A DNA stretch of 64,000 nt from an uncultured Bacteroidales bacterium (GTDB taxonomy: Bacteria > Bacteroidota > Bacteroidia > Bacteroidales > JAAYJT01): the NCBI GenBank assembly GCA_964419945.1, contig CAYQRU010000002.1, forward strand, positions 23,054 through 87,053, given 5' to 3'. How positions within the stretch are numbered: position 1 is the stretch's first letter; each line of letters begins with the position of its first letter. Positions 39,934-49,174 of the stretch are shown here, piece after piece. Under the pieces are notes generated by a model. It was not told the DNA's origin. It saw only the letters and a program-made list of their open reading frames with translations, and searched no databases. Made by a program: the position numbers and the translations under genes.

Positions 39934-40785
39934 TCAGCCTATCTGAGCTGCCTCCACAATGGCCGGATCAACCAGAATACGTCCACAGTATTCGCAAACT
40001 ATGATCTTTTTATGAATTTTTATATCAAGTTGACGTTGAGGGGGTATTTTACTGAAGCAACCCCCGCAGGCATCTCTTTCAACCATTACAACAGCAAGTC
40101 CGTTGCGGGCATTTGCCCTGATACGGGTGTAAGCATTGAGTAATCGTTCCTCAATGACTTTTTGATTGTTTTGTGATTGAACCTGGAGTAATTTTTCTTC
40201 CTTTTCAGTTTCAGATACAATATCTGCCAATTCATTCTTCTTCTGCTCCAGATCGTTACGGCGCTCTTCAAGTTCCTGCTTAGCCCTGCTTATTTCTTCT
40301 TTTTTCAGCGTTAGGCTCAGGTTATGCTCGCGTATGTGCTTCTCGGCAAGTTGAATTTCAAGTCCCTGATATTCAATTTCTTTATTGAGTGATTCAAACT
40401 CACGATTGTTGCGTACGTTCATTTGTTGGGCCTGATATTTTTCTATCATGCCTTTGCTGTCTTTGATTGACTGTTCTTTTTCAGCAATTTTTGTCTTGAG
40501 GGCATCAACTTCCTGTTTGAAATTGGTAATTCTTGTTTCAAGCCCAATCACCTCATCTTCCAGGTCCTCAACTTCAAGTGGTAGTTCGCCACGGACAATC
40601 CTGATCCTGTCAATTTGTGAATCAATTTGCTGCAGATTATATAAAGCAATGAGTTTCTTTTCGATTGAAAATACTGTTTCTTCTGCATCATCCTGCGCCC
40701 GGACATTTGCTTTTGACATTTGGGTGTGGATTTCGGGTTCCTCATGTTCATGCGTTACTGTAACAGCTTTCTTTTTGGTTGCCAT
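39934..40785 (-). CDS. Zinc-ribbon coiled-coil protein (COG1579/DUF164 family, HP0958-like)
   Basis: A long coiled coil is followed by a C4 zinc ribbon, CGGC...17...CEYCGRIL. It is the conserved neighbour of nif3. Confidence 0.75.
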   Translation of the reverse strand: MATKKKAVTVTHEHEEPEIHTQMSKANVRAQDDAEETVFSIEKKLIALYNLQQIDSQIDRIRIVRGELPLEVEDLEDEVIGLETRITNFKQEVDALKTKIAEKEQSIKDSKGMIEKYQAQQMNVRNNREFESLNKEIEYQGLEIQLAEKHIREHNLSLTLKKEEISRAKQELEERRNDLEQKKNELADIVSETEKEEKLLQVQSQNNQKVIEERLLNAYTRIRANARNGLAVVMVERDACGGCFSKIPPQRQLDIKIHKKIIVCEYCGRILVDPAIVEAAQIG

Positions 40786-40802
40786 TGGTTCTGAATTATA
40801 TA

Positions 40803-41897
40803 CTATAAAAAATTTACCGGATTGGTGTACTGTGTTGTTTTAAGGACGGCAAAAGTAGGAAATTTTTTCACAAGTGCCTGTGCAATTAAATCTTTACAGA
40901 ATTGCTCCGATTCATAATGACCTATGTCAGCAAGGATTATTTTCCCTTCAGGAATAAAAAAGTCATGGTATTTAAGGTCACCTGTAAGGTAAATATGGGC
41001 GCCGGCTTTCATGGCATCACTTATCAGAAAACTGCCTGATCCTCCACAAATCGCAACCTTTTTTAATAGCTTGCTCAGATTTCCGGCGTATTTCAGTATC
41101 GGTAAACCACATACGATTTTGACTTTTTCAAGAAATTCTGAAGCGGAGATTTCTTTTTCAAGCTCCCCGAGCATTCCACTCCCGATATATTTATTATCGT
41201 TTCCAAGGAGCAAAAGATCATAAGCAACTTCTTCATAGGGATGGGCTTCAATCATTTTTTCAACGATTACTTTCTGAAGGTAAGCAGGAAAGATGGCTTC
41301 AATTTTGACTTCTCTTTCAAAATGCAACTCCCTGATCTTGCCCACATAGGGGTTGGCATCGTCTAAAGCCCTGAATGACCCTTCACCCAGAGAGTTGTAT
41401 GAGCAACAATCATAATTGCCAATGCGGCCGGCGCCTGCATCAAAAATCGCGTTACGAACCTGTTCGGCTTGCTCAACGGGACAAAACGTCACAAGTTTTC
41501 GAAGTGTACCGGATTTTGGTTTTAGAATCTTTAAATTTGAAATTCCAAGTTCTTCAGCCAATTTGCGATTCAATCCCTGATAATGATTATCAAGATTGGT
41601 ATGAATCGCATAAATACCAATCCTGTTTTGAATGGCTTTGTGTACGACACGTTCAATATAATTTCTGCCGGTAATTTTTTTCAATCCGCTAAAAATCAAT
41701 GGATGATGCGCAATAATCAATCCGCATCCATTTTTCGCAGCCTCGTCAACGACGGATTCGGTAACGTCAACGCAAATCATTACGCTGCTAATCTCCTGGT
41801 TCGGATCTCCTATCTGAAAGCCTGAATTATCATAATCTTCCTGGTAAGCAAGTGGAAATTCAGTGTCGAGGAACTGGGTGATATGACTTGTTAGCAT
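40803..41897 (-). CDS. Nif3-like dinuclear metal-centre protein (GTP cyclohydrolase 1 type 2 homologue)
   Basis: Nif3 N- and C-terminal halves with a PII-like insert. Motifs DYDNSGFQIG and HHPLIF are present. Confidence 0.8.
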   Translation of the reverse strand: MLTSHITQFLDTEFPLAYQEDYDNSGFQIGDPNQEISSVMICVDVTESVVDEAAKNGCGLIIAHHPLIFSGLKKITGRNYIERVVHKAIQNRIGIYAIHTNLDNHYQGLNRKLAEELGISNLKILKPKSGTLRKLVTFCPVEQAEQVRNAIFDAGAGRIGNYDCCSYNSLGEGSFRALDDANPYVGKIRELHFEREVKIEAIFPAYLQKVIVEKMIEAHPYEEVAYDLLLLGNDNKYIGSGMLGELEKEISASEFLEKVKIVCGLPILKYAGNLSKLLKKVAICGGSGSFLISDAMKAGAHIYLTGDLKYHDFFIPEGKIILADIGHYESEQFCKDLIAQALVKKFPTFAVLKTTQYTNPVNFL

Positions 41898-42047
41898 AGG
41901 ATTAAATTTATTAAATTACAAATGAACAAAAATAGAGAATTATTGCACCTGTTATGGACTTAGTTAACAACCTTTTTCGTATCTTGCGCCCATTATTGGG
42001 AAAACGGGAATTTAATTTTAATAGCTGTCTACTATTTCGCTTTTAGC

Positions 42048-43109
42048 ATGCGTAAACTATTTTTCTACCCATTCAGTTTAGTTTTCGGATTTGTAATAAT
42101 GATTCGTAATTGGCTGTATGACAAAAAGATATTAAAATCCATAGAATTTGATACTCCAGTAATAAGCGTTGGGAATCTCGCAGTTGGTGGTACAGGAAAG
42201 ACGCCCCATATTGAGTACCTTATCAGGTTGCTCTCTCATAAATACAGAGTCGTTACGCTTAGCAGGGGATATAACAGGAAAACCAAAGGTTTTTTTGTTG
42301 CTGAAAAAAATTCCACTGCAAGCGAAATAGGTGATGAGCCTTTGCAGTTTATTACCAAATTCGACAATATCAGGGTTTGTGTTGATGAGAACCGTGTGCA
42401 TGGTATCAGAGAATTGTTGCGTCGTTTTCCGGATACTGATGTCATACTGCTTGACGATGCCTACCAGCACAGAGCGGTAAAACCCGGGCTTTCAATCCTG
42501 CTCACAGACTTTTATCATCTGTATTCTGATGATTATCTCCTGCCTAGCGGAAATTTACGTGAACCAGTCTGTGGTGCCAGACGTGCTGATATAATTATTG
42601 TTACAAAAACGAGGAAAGTATTTTCCCCGATTACCTACCAGCGGCTTGTTGATTCACTCAAACCCCAGGCTCATCAGAAATTATATCTTTCTTTCATACA
42701 CTATGATGCGTTGACTTCAATTGGGAAACAAGAATGTAAGATTCAAAAAGGGAGAATTGCTAACACAATCTTACTGTTTGCCGGAATAGCCAATCCTTAC
42801 CCGCTCGAAGACCATTTGAGAAATCAGTGTGCTGAACTGATAACAATCACTTTTCCTGATCATCATAGTTACAACGCTTCCGATATTGCAATGATCAGCC
42901 AGAAGTGGAATGATATTTATACGAAAAACAAAATCCTGATTACAACAGAAAAAGACTTCATGCGTCTCAAAAATCCTGACATTTGGGAATTGGTTGTAAA
43001 TTTGCCCATTCATTACGTCCCCATTGAGGTTGACTTTCATGATTTAGGCAAGGAATTGTTCGATCGTCAAATACTGGATTATGTTGAAAAAATTAAGAGA
43101 AACCCTTGA
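42048..43109 (+). CDS. lpxK: Tetraacyldisaccharide 4'-kinase
   Basis: An N-terminal TM helix, then the P-loop VGNLAVGGTGKTP typical of LpxK. Confidence 0.88.
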   Translation: MRKLFFYPFSLVFGFVIMIRNWLYDKKILKSIEFDTPVISVGNLAVGGTGKTPHIEYLIRLLSHKYRVVTLSRGYNRKTKGFFVAEKNSTASEIGDEPLQFITKFDNIRVCVDENRVHGIRELLRRFPDTDVILLDDAYQHRAVKPGLSILLTDFYHLYSDDYLLPSGNLREPVCGARRADIIIVTKTRKVFSPITYQRLVDSLKPQAHQKLYLSFIHYDALTSIGKQECKIQKGRIANTILLFAGIANPYPLEDHLRNQCAELITITFPDHHSYNASDIAMISQKWNDIYTKNKILITTEKDFMRLKNPDIWELVVNLPIHYVPIEVDFHDLGKELFDRQILDYVEKIKRNP

Positions 43110-43893
43110 ATTCATTCGTTCCAGAACATTAACACAACCTGAAGTTGGAATTATTTTAGGCTCCGGGCTTGGTGGGCTGATTACCGAAATTAAAATAGAA
43201 GTCAGCCTTCCTTACGAAGAAATTCCAAACTTTCCGGTTTCGACTGTCGAGGGGCACCATGGCAGGCTTATTTTTGGTAAACTGAGCGGCAAAAACATTG
43301 TCGCAATGCAGGGCAGGTTTCATTTTTATGAAGGGTATACCATGCAGGAAATTACATTTCCCGTGAGGATTATGAAAATGCTCGGCATCCGGTTACTGAT
43401 ATTATCGAATGCAAGCGGCGGCGTAAACCCAGAGTTTGAAATTGGCGACATGATGATTATCACCGATCATATTAACCTGCTACCAACCAATCCTTTGATT
43501 GGTAAAAATGACAAAGAGCACGGGCCTCGTTTTCCTGACATGAGTGAAGCCTACAGTGCTGATCTGATCCATAAGGCCATCAAAATTGCCCGGCGATATA
43601 ATATCAAGTATCAAACCGGCGTATTTGCAGCCGTAACCGGACCCATGTATGAGACTCCTGCTGAATATCGCTATATCAGAAACATTGGTGCCGATGCAGT
43701 AGGGATGTCAACCATCCCGGAAGTAATTGTTGCCCGGCAGATGGATTTGCCCTGTTTTGCCATCAGCGTAATCACTGATCTTGGGGTTACAGGGAAAATT
43801 ATTGAAGTATCGCACAGCGATGTTATTGCAGCCGCATCGCAGGTTGAACCCAAAGTTACTCTGCTGATAAAGGAGTTATTATCAGGCATGTAA
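43081..43893 (+). CDS. Purine nucleoside phosphorylase (PNP/MTAP family I, trimeric type)
   Basis: Motifs GIILGSGLG, GRFHFYEGY and the SNASGG phosphate-binding motif. The start overlaps the lpxK 3' end by 29 nt. Confidence 0.85.
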   Translation: MLKKLRETLEFIRSRTLTQPEVGIILGSGLGGLITEIKIEVSLPYEEIPNFPVSTVEGHHGRLIFGKLSGKNIVAMQGRFHFYEGYTMQEITFPVRIMKMLGIRLLILSNASGGVNPEFEIGDMMIITDHINLLPTNPLIGKNDKEHGPRFPDMSEAYSADLIHKAIKIARRYNIKYQTGVFAAVTGPMYETPAEYRYIRNIGADAVGMSTIPEVIVARQMDLPCFAISVITDLGVTGKIIEVSHSDVIAAASQVEPKVTLLIKELLSGM

Positions 43894-43908
43894 TCTATTT
43901 ATTCAGTT

Positions 43909-44727
43909 TTGATGGATAAAAATGAGCAAACAAACCAGGCAGGTAGCGAAAAGAAAATCTATTTTGCCTCCGATTTTCATTTGGGAGTGCCCACGTATGA
44001 AGCCAGTTTCAGACGTGAAAAATTACTGGTTCAATGGTTGGACGAAGTCAGTTCGGATGCCCAGGCAATTTATTTGATGGGTGATATGTTTGATTTCTGG
44101 TTTGAATACAAAACAGTGATCCAAAAAGGATATGTAAGGTTGCTTGGTAAACTTGCAGAAATTACTGATGCCGGAACACCCGTGCATCTTTTCAAAGGAA
44201 ATCATGATATCTGGGCAATAGATTATCTGGAAAAAGAGGTTGGAATTCAACTTCATCAAAATAATTTGATTACAGACCTGGGTGGAAAATGTTTTTTCCT
44301 TTCACATGGCGACGGTCTGGGGCCGGGAGATAAGGGCTACAAGATCATGAAAAAAGTTTTTCAGAACCGTTTCAACCAATGGCTTTTCAGGTGGCTGCAT
44401 CCCGATCTGGGAACCCGTTTAGGCTTGTATTTTTCACGAAAGAGCCGTTATGCAAATGACGCTTACGAAGAAATGTATGGCCATCCACCTGTCGAAGATG
44501 AAATGCTTTACAAATACAGCATTCGTAAACTGGCCCGGCATCCTGGTATTGATTTCTTTATTTTCGGACACCGCCACAAACCAACCGATGTAATTCTAAA
44601 GGGAAATACGAGAATGATTATCCTGGGCGACTGGATAAATCAATACACCTATGCTGTTTTCGATGGGCAACAGCTTGAATTAAAAGTATATACAACAGCT
44701 TTTGAAAAAATAAATTGTAAAGAATGA
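43909..44727 (+). CDS. lpxH: UDP-2,3-diacylglucosamine diphosphatase (calcineurin-like metallophosphoesterase)
   Basis: DxH (ASDFHLG), GDMFDFW and GNHD motifs sit in LpxH-like spacing. Confidence 0.75.
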   Translation: MMDKNEQTNQAGSEKKIYFASDFHLGVPTYEASFRREKLLVQWLDEVSSDAQAIYLMGDMFDFWFEYKTVIQKGYVRLLGKLAEITDAGTPVHLFKGNHDIWAIDYLEKEVGIQLHQNNLITDLGGKCFFLSHGDGLGPGDKGYKIMKKVFQNRFNQWLFRWLHPDLGTRLGLYFSRKSRYANDAYEEMYGHPPVEDEMLYKYSIRKLARHPGIDFFIFGHRHKPTDVILKGNTRMIILGDWINQYTYAVFDGQQLELKVYTTAFEKINCKE

Positions 44728-45485
44728 CGAAACTTTGGTATCAGGAGTTATTTGAGAACTTCGCTGTTAAGTACGATAAAGAATCATTTACCCAAGGCAC
44801 TCAGGGGGAAGTAGATTTTTTTGAAAAAGAGATCGGGTATGACAAATCCGTAAAAATTCTCGATATAGGATGTGGAACGGGGCGACATTCCGTTGAACTG
44901 GCAAAAAGAGGCTATCATATTACCGGCGTGGATTTGTCAGTAGATCAACTCGATAGTGCACGAAAAAAAGCGAATAATGCCGGTGTTGACATCCGGTTCC
45001 TGCAAAAAGATGCCTGCTATCTCGATTTTAATGCAGAATTCGACCTGGCCATCATGATTTGCGAAGGTGCTTTTTCACTGATGGAAACTGATGAAAAGAA
45101 TTTTATGATCCTGCAGGGGGCATATAAAGCCTTAAAACCAGGAGGAAAATTGATCTTTACTGCATTGAGCGCACTTTATCCTCTTTTTCATTCCGTCAAG
45201 GATTTTATCAACACATCAGGGGATGAAGTAAAATCGGGTGATAATTCTTTTGACTTGTTAACTTTTCGTGATACATCATGGGTTGAATTTACCGATGATG
45301 CTGGAAATCCTAAAAAACTTTACTGTAATGAACGATACTATGCCCCTTCTGAAATATCATGGTTGTTGCAAAGCCTGGGATTTGTAAATACGGGAATTTT
45401 TGGCAGCAGACTTGGTGCTTTCAGCAGGAATGATTTGCTAAGTACCGGAGATTACGAAATGCTGGTTGTGACTGAAAAGAAGTAA
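44724..45485 (+). CDS. Class I SAM-dependent methyltransferase
   Basis: Motif I ILDIGCGTGRHS. The start overlaps the upstream stop (ATGA). Confidence 0.75.
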   Translation: MTKLWYQELFENFAVKYDKESFTQGTQGEVDFFEKEIGYDKSVKILDIGCGTGRHSVELAKRGYHITGVDLSVDQLDSARKKANNAGVDIRFLQKDACYLDFNAEFDLAIMICEGAFSLMETDEKNFMILQGAYKALKPGGKLIFTALSALYPLFHSVKDFINTSGDEVKSGDNSFDLLTFRDTSWVEFTDDAGNPKKLYCNERYYAPSEISWLLQSLGFVNTGIFGSRLGAFSRNDLLSTGDYEMLVVTEKK

Positions 45486-45573
45486 TACCTGTTTAAATGA
45501 TAATTTGGGTAACCTAATGGGTTATTATTGAAGAAATTAGTTTTTTCACACCTTAAAATTAAAAATCATAATT

Positions 45574-46842
45574 ATGAAAACTCTTTTGGCTCTTTTATTT
45601 AGCCTGATTTCATTACAAGACGTTTCGGGGTTTGATAATTATTTTGTCTTCAAAACTTTGCGTTTGGATTATTATCGCACAGGTAATTTTGAAACCGAAA
45701 TTATCTCAATTGACGAGTTAATTGAAGAGCCTTTTTGGGGTGGCTCAAAAACGAAATTGACTGACCAGTTCAATTATGGTGATCATAAGTTTGAGGTATA
45801 TGAGTTCCTGAATGAAGTGCTGGTATATTCTCATACGTATAGTTCACTTTTCGCCGAATGGCAAACTACTGCCGAGGCTAAAGTGACCTGGCGAAGTTTT
45901 ACGGAAACTATTGTTTTTCCATTTCCGCTTCAGAAGGTGTATGTGGTGTTTTATACGAGAAACAGGGACAATGAGTGGATTGAAAAATTCCGGTACACAA
46001 TAGATCCTGCTGACAGTTTTATATCTAAAGAACGCAAATCGGTTTTTCCGGTGTTTGAGGTATCGCTGTCAAATGATACCTGGAATGCGCTGGATGTGGT
46101 TTTTATCCCCGAAGGATATACAAATGATGAGATGACAAAGTTCCGTAACGACTGTCTCCGATTTGCTGATTATCTGCTCAAGGCCAAACCCTTTACGGAA
46201 AACAGGAATAATATAAATATACGGGCAGTTTTAGCACCTTCCAACGAATCGGGAACCGATATTCCCGGACAGGGAGTATGGAAGCAGACACTTGTGAACA
46301 GCAATTTTTACACCTTTGGATTGGAGCGTTATTTGACCACAATGGATATGAAAAATGTGAAAAATATTGCTTCAAATGTACCTTATGACCAGATAATCAT
46401 ACTGGTAAACAGCCAGATATATGGTGGTGGAGGAATTTATAATTATTACGCTATTACCACCACCGATCATTTTAAATCCGATTATGTGTTCATCCATGAG
46501 TTCGGACATGCGTTGGCAGGCCTTGGTGATGAATATTATTCATCAGAAGTGGCTTATGAAGAATTCTATAATCTGAAAGTAGAGCCCTGGGAACCCAACC
46601 TGACCACACTGGTGAATTTTGAAACCAAGTGGCAGGATATGCTCGAACCCGGCATCCCGATTCCAACACCTGCTGAAGACAAATACAGCAGAGTTGTGGG
46701 TGTTTTTGAAGGCGGTGGTTATACATCAAAAGGAGTTTATCGTCCGTTTTTGGACTGCACCATGAAATCAGCAGGTTATGACAATTTTTGCCCTGTTTGC
46801 CTGCGTTCAATACAGCATGCAATTAATTCTCATAAAAAGTAA
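45574..46842 (+). CDS. M64-family (IgA-peptidase-like) secreted zinc metallopeptidase
   Basis: Signal peptide, then HEFGHALAGLGDEYY, matching the M64 HEXXH...GDEY signature. Confidence 0.8.
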   Translation: MKTLLALLFSLISLQDVSGFDNYFVFKTLRLDYYRTGNFETEIISIDELIEEPFWGGSKTKLTDQFNYGDHKFEVYEFLNEVLVYSHTYSSLFAEWQTTAEAKVTWRSFTETIVFPFPLQKVYVVFYTRNRDNEWIEKFRYTIDPADSFISKERKSVFPVFEVSLSNDTWNALDVVFIPEGYTNDEMTKFRNDCLRFADYLLKAKPFTENRNNINIRAVLAPSNESGTDIPGQGVWKQTLVNSNFYTFGLERYLTTMDMKNVKNIASNVPYDQIIILVNSQIYGGGGIYNYYAITTTDHFKSDYVFIHEFGHALAGLGDEYYSSEVAYEEFYNLKVEPWEPNLTTLVNFETKWQDMLEPGIPIPTPAEDKYSRVVGVFEGGGYTSKGVYRPFLDCTMKSAGYDNFCPVCLRSIQHAINSHKK

Positions 46843-46929
46843 TAATGTTTACCTGGGTTACATCTTAAAGTTTTTTCATTATTTTGCAGCACTTTAGGTT
46901 CACAAAGAAATAACATACCATTAATTGAT

Positions 46930-47832
46930 ATGACCATGATAAAATCGCTGAATACACTTCTTGAACTGGCCAAACAAAAAGGTGTTTGTCGGATAGCTGT
47001 TGCTGCTGCTGCTGACAAACATGTGCTCGATGCCCTGATGATGGCAAAAAATGAAGGTTTTGCAGAACCTGTGCTGATTGGCGATAAATCAGCCATTGAA
47101 GAGATTGCCTCAGAACTTGGTTTTGATGTATCAAAAATTGAAATAATTGATATTGCTGATCCCTATCTGGCTTCGGTAGAAGCTGTTTCTTTGATCCGCA
47201 ATAAAAAGGCCGATATCCTGATGAAAGGACTGGTAGGAACAGGCCCGATGCTGAAAGCCGTATTGGACAAAGAAAACGGTTTGCGAAAAGGTGCCACACT
47301 CAGTCATGTGGCCTTGTTCGAAACGCAGTTTTATCACAAATTGCTTGGTGTTACTGACGCAGCAATGAATGTGGCACCGGAATTCGATGAAAAAGTATGT
47401 TTAATACAAAATGCTATCGAGATTTTTCATAAACTTGGCATTAAAGAACCCAAAGTAGCAATAGTTGGAGCCGTTGAAACCGTAAATCCAAAAATGGAAG
47501 CCACAGTGCATGCAGCTATGCTGACACAGATGAACCGCCGCAAACAAATCAAAGGTTGTATCATTGACGGGCCATTGGCACTCGACAATGCAGTTTCTGC
47601 TGAATCAGCGCTTCATAAAGGCATTGTAAGCGAAGTAGCCGGTGATGTTGATTTGATTGTTACCCCCGATATTAACAGTGGAAATGTGTTGTACAAGTCG
47701 CTGAACTTTCTCGGAGGTGCTACCACTGCTGCTGTGATCATGGGTGCCAAAGTTCCTGTTGTTTTGACCTCACGTGCCGACTCTGAGAAAAGCAAACTCA
47801 TGTCTATTGCCCTCGCGGCAGCAATCATTTAG
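46930..47832 (+). CDS. ptb: Phosphate butyryltransferase (phosphate acyltransferase family)
   Basis: About 300 aa, a short-form phosphotransacylase (GVTDAAMNVAPE, SRADSEKSKL). It sits immediately upstream of butyrate kinase. Confidence 0.85.
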   Translation: MTMIKSLNTLLELAKQKGVCRIAVAAAADKHVLDALMMAKNEGFAEPVLIGDKSAIEEIASELGFDVSKIEIIDIADPYLASVEAVSLIRNKKADILMKGLVGTGPMLKAVLDKENGLRKGATLSHVALFETQFYHKLLGVTDAAMNVAPEFDEKVCLIQNAIEIFHKLGIKEPKVAIVGAVETVNPKMEATVHAAMLTQMNRRKQIKGCIIDGPLALDNAVSAESALHKGIVSEVAGDVDLIVTPDINSGNVLYKSLNFLGGATTAAVIMGAKVPVVLTSRADSEKSKLMSIALAAAII

Positions 47833-47859
47833 TAATTATTCATCCTTATTCATCAACTC

Positions 47860-48936
47860 ATGGAAGAGTATCGCATACTGGCCATCAATCCTGGCTCCAC
47901 TTCCACAAAAATCGCAGTGTATGCCGGAACCTCCCCTGTATTTGTAAAGAATATCAGCCATTCCAATGAAGAGTTAGCGAAGTTTGATAAAATTACCGAC
48001 CAGTACGCATATCGCAAGAATATCATTTATAATGAATTGCAGGATGCCGAAGTACTTCTTGGAATGATCCGTGCCGTAGTGGGCAGGGGTGGTTTGCTCA
48101 AACCTATTCCTTCAGGAGTTTACACTGTTAATGAAAGTATGAAAGCCGACTTGCGTAACAGTCCTATGGGTGAACATGCCAGTAACCTCGGAGGCCTCAT
48201 AGCCGATGATATTGCCAGGTCACTTCCTGAAGCAAAAGCGTATATTGCCGATCCGGTGGTTGTTGATGAATTACAAGATATTGCACGCATTTCCGGCCAC
48301 CCTCTATTTAATCGCATTTCCATATTTCACGCTTTAAACCAGAAGGCAGTTGCACGTGCCCATGCCAAATCAATTATGAAAGCGTATGAAGATCTCGACC
48401 TCATCGTGGTTCATCTTGGAGGAGGTATTACTGTGGGTGCTCATAAAAAGGGCCGGGTAGTTGATGTAAACCAGGGGCTTGACGGAGAAGGTCCGTTTTC
48501 GCCTGAGCGCAGCGGAACGCTACCCAGTGCCGACCTGATCCGGGCATGTTTCAGTGGGAAATACACCGAAAAACAACTCCTCAAAATGGTGAAAGGCGAA
48601 GGCGGTATGGTAGCACATCTGGGTACCAACAGCGCATACGAAGTTGAACAACGGGTGCAGAAGGGCGACCATGAAGCTTTCCTGATTTTTGACGCAATGG
48701 CATACCAGGTGGCAAAATATATTGGCGCAATGGCAACTGTTCTTTACGGGCATGTTGATGGTATCCTTATCACAGGGGGCATAGCCAAAAGTGCATGGTT
48801 TGTGAACCGTATCATGGAACGTGTTCATCGCATAGCCCCTGTGTATATATATCCCGGTGAAGACGAAATGCGCGCATTGGCCATGAATGGCCTCATGGTT
48901 CTCAGGGGCGAAATTGAGCCCAGGGTATATGAATGA
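47860..48936 (+). CDS. buk: Butyrate kinase (ASKHA family)
   Basis: YRILAINPGSTSTKIAVY and VVHLGGGITVGAHKKGRVVDV are typical of Buk. Confidence 0.88.
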   Translation: MEEYRILAINPGSTSTKIAVYAGTSPVFVKNISHSNEELAKFDKITDQYAYRKNIIYNELQDAEVLLGMIRAVVGRGGLLKPIPSGVYTVNESMKADLRNSPMGEHASNLGGLIADDIARSLPEAKAYIADPVVVDELQDIARISGHPLFNRISIFHALNQKAVARAHAKSIMKAYEDLDLIVVHLGGGITVGAHKKGRVVDVNQGLDGEGPFSPERSGTLPSADLIRACFSGKYTEKQLLKMVKGEGGMVAHLGTNSAYEVEQRVQKGDHEAFLIFDAMAYQVAKYIGAMATVLYGHVDGILITGGIAKSAWFVNRIMERVHRIAPVYIYPGEDEMRALAMNGLMVLRGEIEPRVYE

Positions 48937-49174
48937 AGGCGGGAATTATGAAAATCGAATACTTCAAATTTGCTTTACGAAGGTATTATCATAGCAAAAT
49001 GAATTGCAGTCAACCTGTTCATCAACGTACACTTTCGTGTATTATAATGATGCACACACCATGGCCAACCTCCGCTAATTCTTTGTAAATAATTTGATGT
49101 CATTGTTTTACGAGAACAGGCATAATAATTGCGAATGCAGGAAATGAAAACTTCTTTACATTATCCCGTCGCCC

